Part shown: in pieces, positions 62,571-64,000 of the stretch
How the letters are laid out: the number at the start of each line of letters is the position of its first letter
Numbering within the stretch: position 1 is the stretch's first letter
Assembly: GCA_013265495.1 (NCBI GenBank)
Contig: MU057701.1
Span: 1,426,001 to 1,490,000 of the forward strand
Source: Vicugna vicugna
Lineage: Eukaryota
Direction: 5' to 3'
DNA length: 64,000 bases
The notes under the pieces: generated by a model
What the model was told of the DNA's origin: nothing
Databases searched by the model: none
The model's input: the letters and a program-made list of their open reading frames with translations, nothing else
Made by a program: the position numbers and the translations under genes

Positions 62571-63196
62571 AAAAAGAAATGTATTACCTGATTGGTAATC
62601 CGAAATAGTAGGAAAGTGATTTTTCATCACATGTATGTAATTTAACATGGAAACGCTTTGGAGGCATACTGACATACTGACACTGCACCCGTGAATGCTG
62701 TGCTGTTAATGCTGGCTGATAGAAGTGCAGACAGGATGGTGAGTGGATTTCCAAGATGGTGAACAATTCTTGTAACATTTCAAACAACAGAAGTACATTT
62801 TTACTTGATTTACACAGTAGTCACAGTTTGAGAAGATTCATTGGGTAAAATTATGCAAAGGATGCTTTTGCACTTTTATGTAAAGCAGTTCAGGTTGTAG
62901 GCTCAGATAATTATTAAAGGCTTTTGGCCCATGTGAGTGTCTGGCAGGACGTCAGAGCAGCCTGCAGATATGGGTGATTTTCAGCCTACCGAGCATCCCT
63001 GGCCTGCTACACTTAGTACCCGCATTACCACCCAGTTCCTGTGACCACCAGGAAATGCCCTCACAGATTTCCTGAGCACTGCCTGTTGAGCCCTCCCCAT
63101 GGAGACCACAGGTATAGGACCTAGTGGCTGGTGTTAAGAATGTTGGCTTTTTTGAAGCCACTGGAGGAATCTGAGCAGGAGAGTAACACACTCTGG

Positions 63197-63567
63197 TGTC
63201 GTGGACTGAATACTTGTGTCCCCCAAATTCAGATGTTGAAGCCTTATCCCCCAGTGTGCTGGTATTTGGAGGTGGAGCCTTTAGGAAGTGATTAAGTTAA
63301 GATGAGGTCATGAGAGTGGTGCCCCCATAATGAGATTAGTGCCCTTATAAGAAGAGGAAGAGACCAAAGCTCACTCTGTCTCCACCACGTGAGGACACAG
63401 TGAAAAAGCAGCCGTCTGCAAGCCAGGAAGAGGGCTCTCAACGGAACTCAACTATGCTGACCCCCTGATCTTGGACTTCTAGCCTCCAGAACTGTGAGAA
63501 ATAAATGTCTGTTGTTTAAGCCACCCAGGCCATTATTTTGTTACGGCAGCCCAGGCTGACTAAGTCA
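63197..63567 (+). mobile_element. MaLR solo LTR (MLT1A-like)
   Basis: TG...CA ends, TSD tctgg/cctgg, clearly homologous to 5185-5537. Confidence 0.88.
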
Positions 63568-64000
63568 CCTGGCATCCGCTTTACAGGATCAGCAGGTGCT
63601 GGGTTGGGGCTGAACTGATGGGGCCTGGAGGAAGCAGAGACCAGGCAGAGGCTACGGCACCAGTCCAGCTGAGGGAGGACACGGGTTCGGGCCTGAGTGG
63701 GGAGTCAAATTCAGATGGAAGAAATTTGCCAATGCAGACGGACACCTATAAGTCATGAAACTGGGGTTCTGTAAAATGTATACCTGTTATTCCATTTCAT
63801 GGTTTCTTAACTGTTTACTTTTTTTTAAGGGGCCAAAAAACTAGGAATTTTTTTTTTCTTCCCACAGAGCGATTCTGGCAGGTGCTTTTGTTCCTCAACT
63901 TAACATGTGTTGCTGTTCCCAGAAATGGAGATTTCTCACATCACAGCGGCAAACTACACTTAGTACAGAAAACGAGTTTTATTTGTTTTCAAAAACTAAT

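Noticed and set aside
1..64000. CRISPR arrays, operons or other prokaryotic systems
   Set aside because: Sequence is mammalian with spliceosomal introns; no repeat-spacer array seen

Overview
Mammalian (eukaryotic) genomic DNA, most likely a camelid judging by three tRNA-Ala-derived vic-1-type SINEs. Gene order matches the TEX2–SNHG25–ERN1 block of human 17q23. In order: (1) the last six coding exons and 3' UTR of TEX2 (+ strand; 813 nt of spliced CDS with consistent phases, stop at 20026-20028, poly(A) signal 21496-21501); (2) a very compact, convergent minus-strand 5'TOP snoRNA host gene (SNHG25-like) carrying box C/D SNORD104 and box H/ACA SNORA50C/SNORA76; (3) a repeat-rich interval with a COX6B1 processed pseudogene inserted in an old L1, and several LTRs; (4) the CpG-island promoter and first two coding exons of ERN1 (IRE1-alpha), separated by a ~24 kb intron. 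Most ORFs in the supplied track are chance ORFs. Best second-look items: an H/ACA snoRNA lying just downstream of its host's poly(A) signal with no obvious intron, a frame-preserving 48-nt exon-like unit with no AG acceptor in a TEX2 intron, a COX6B1 retrocopy with a ~320-nt 3' extension, and an apparently perfect 393-bp tandem duplication in ERN1 intron 1. I cannot show that any of these is a previously undescribed system. Gene and repeat names come from recognition by eye, not database searches, and repeat boundaries are approximate.
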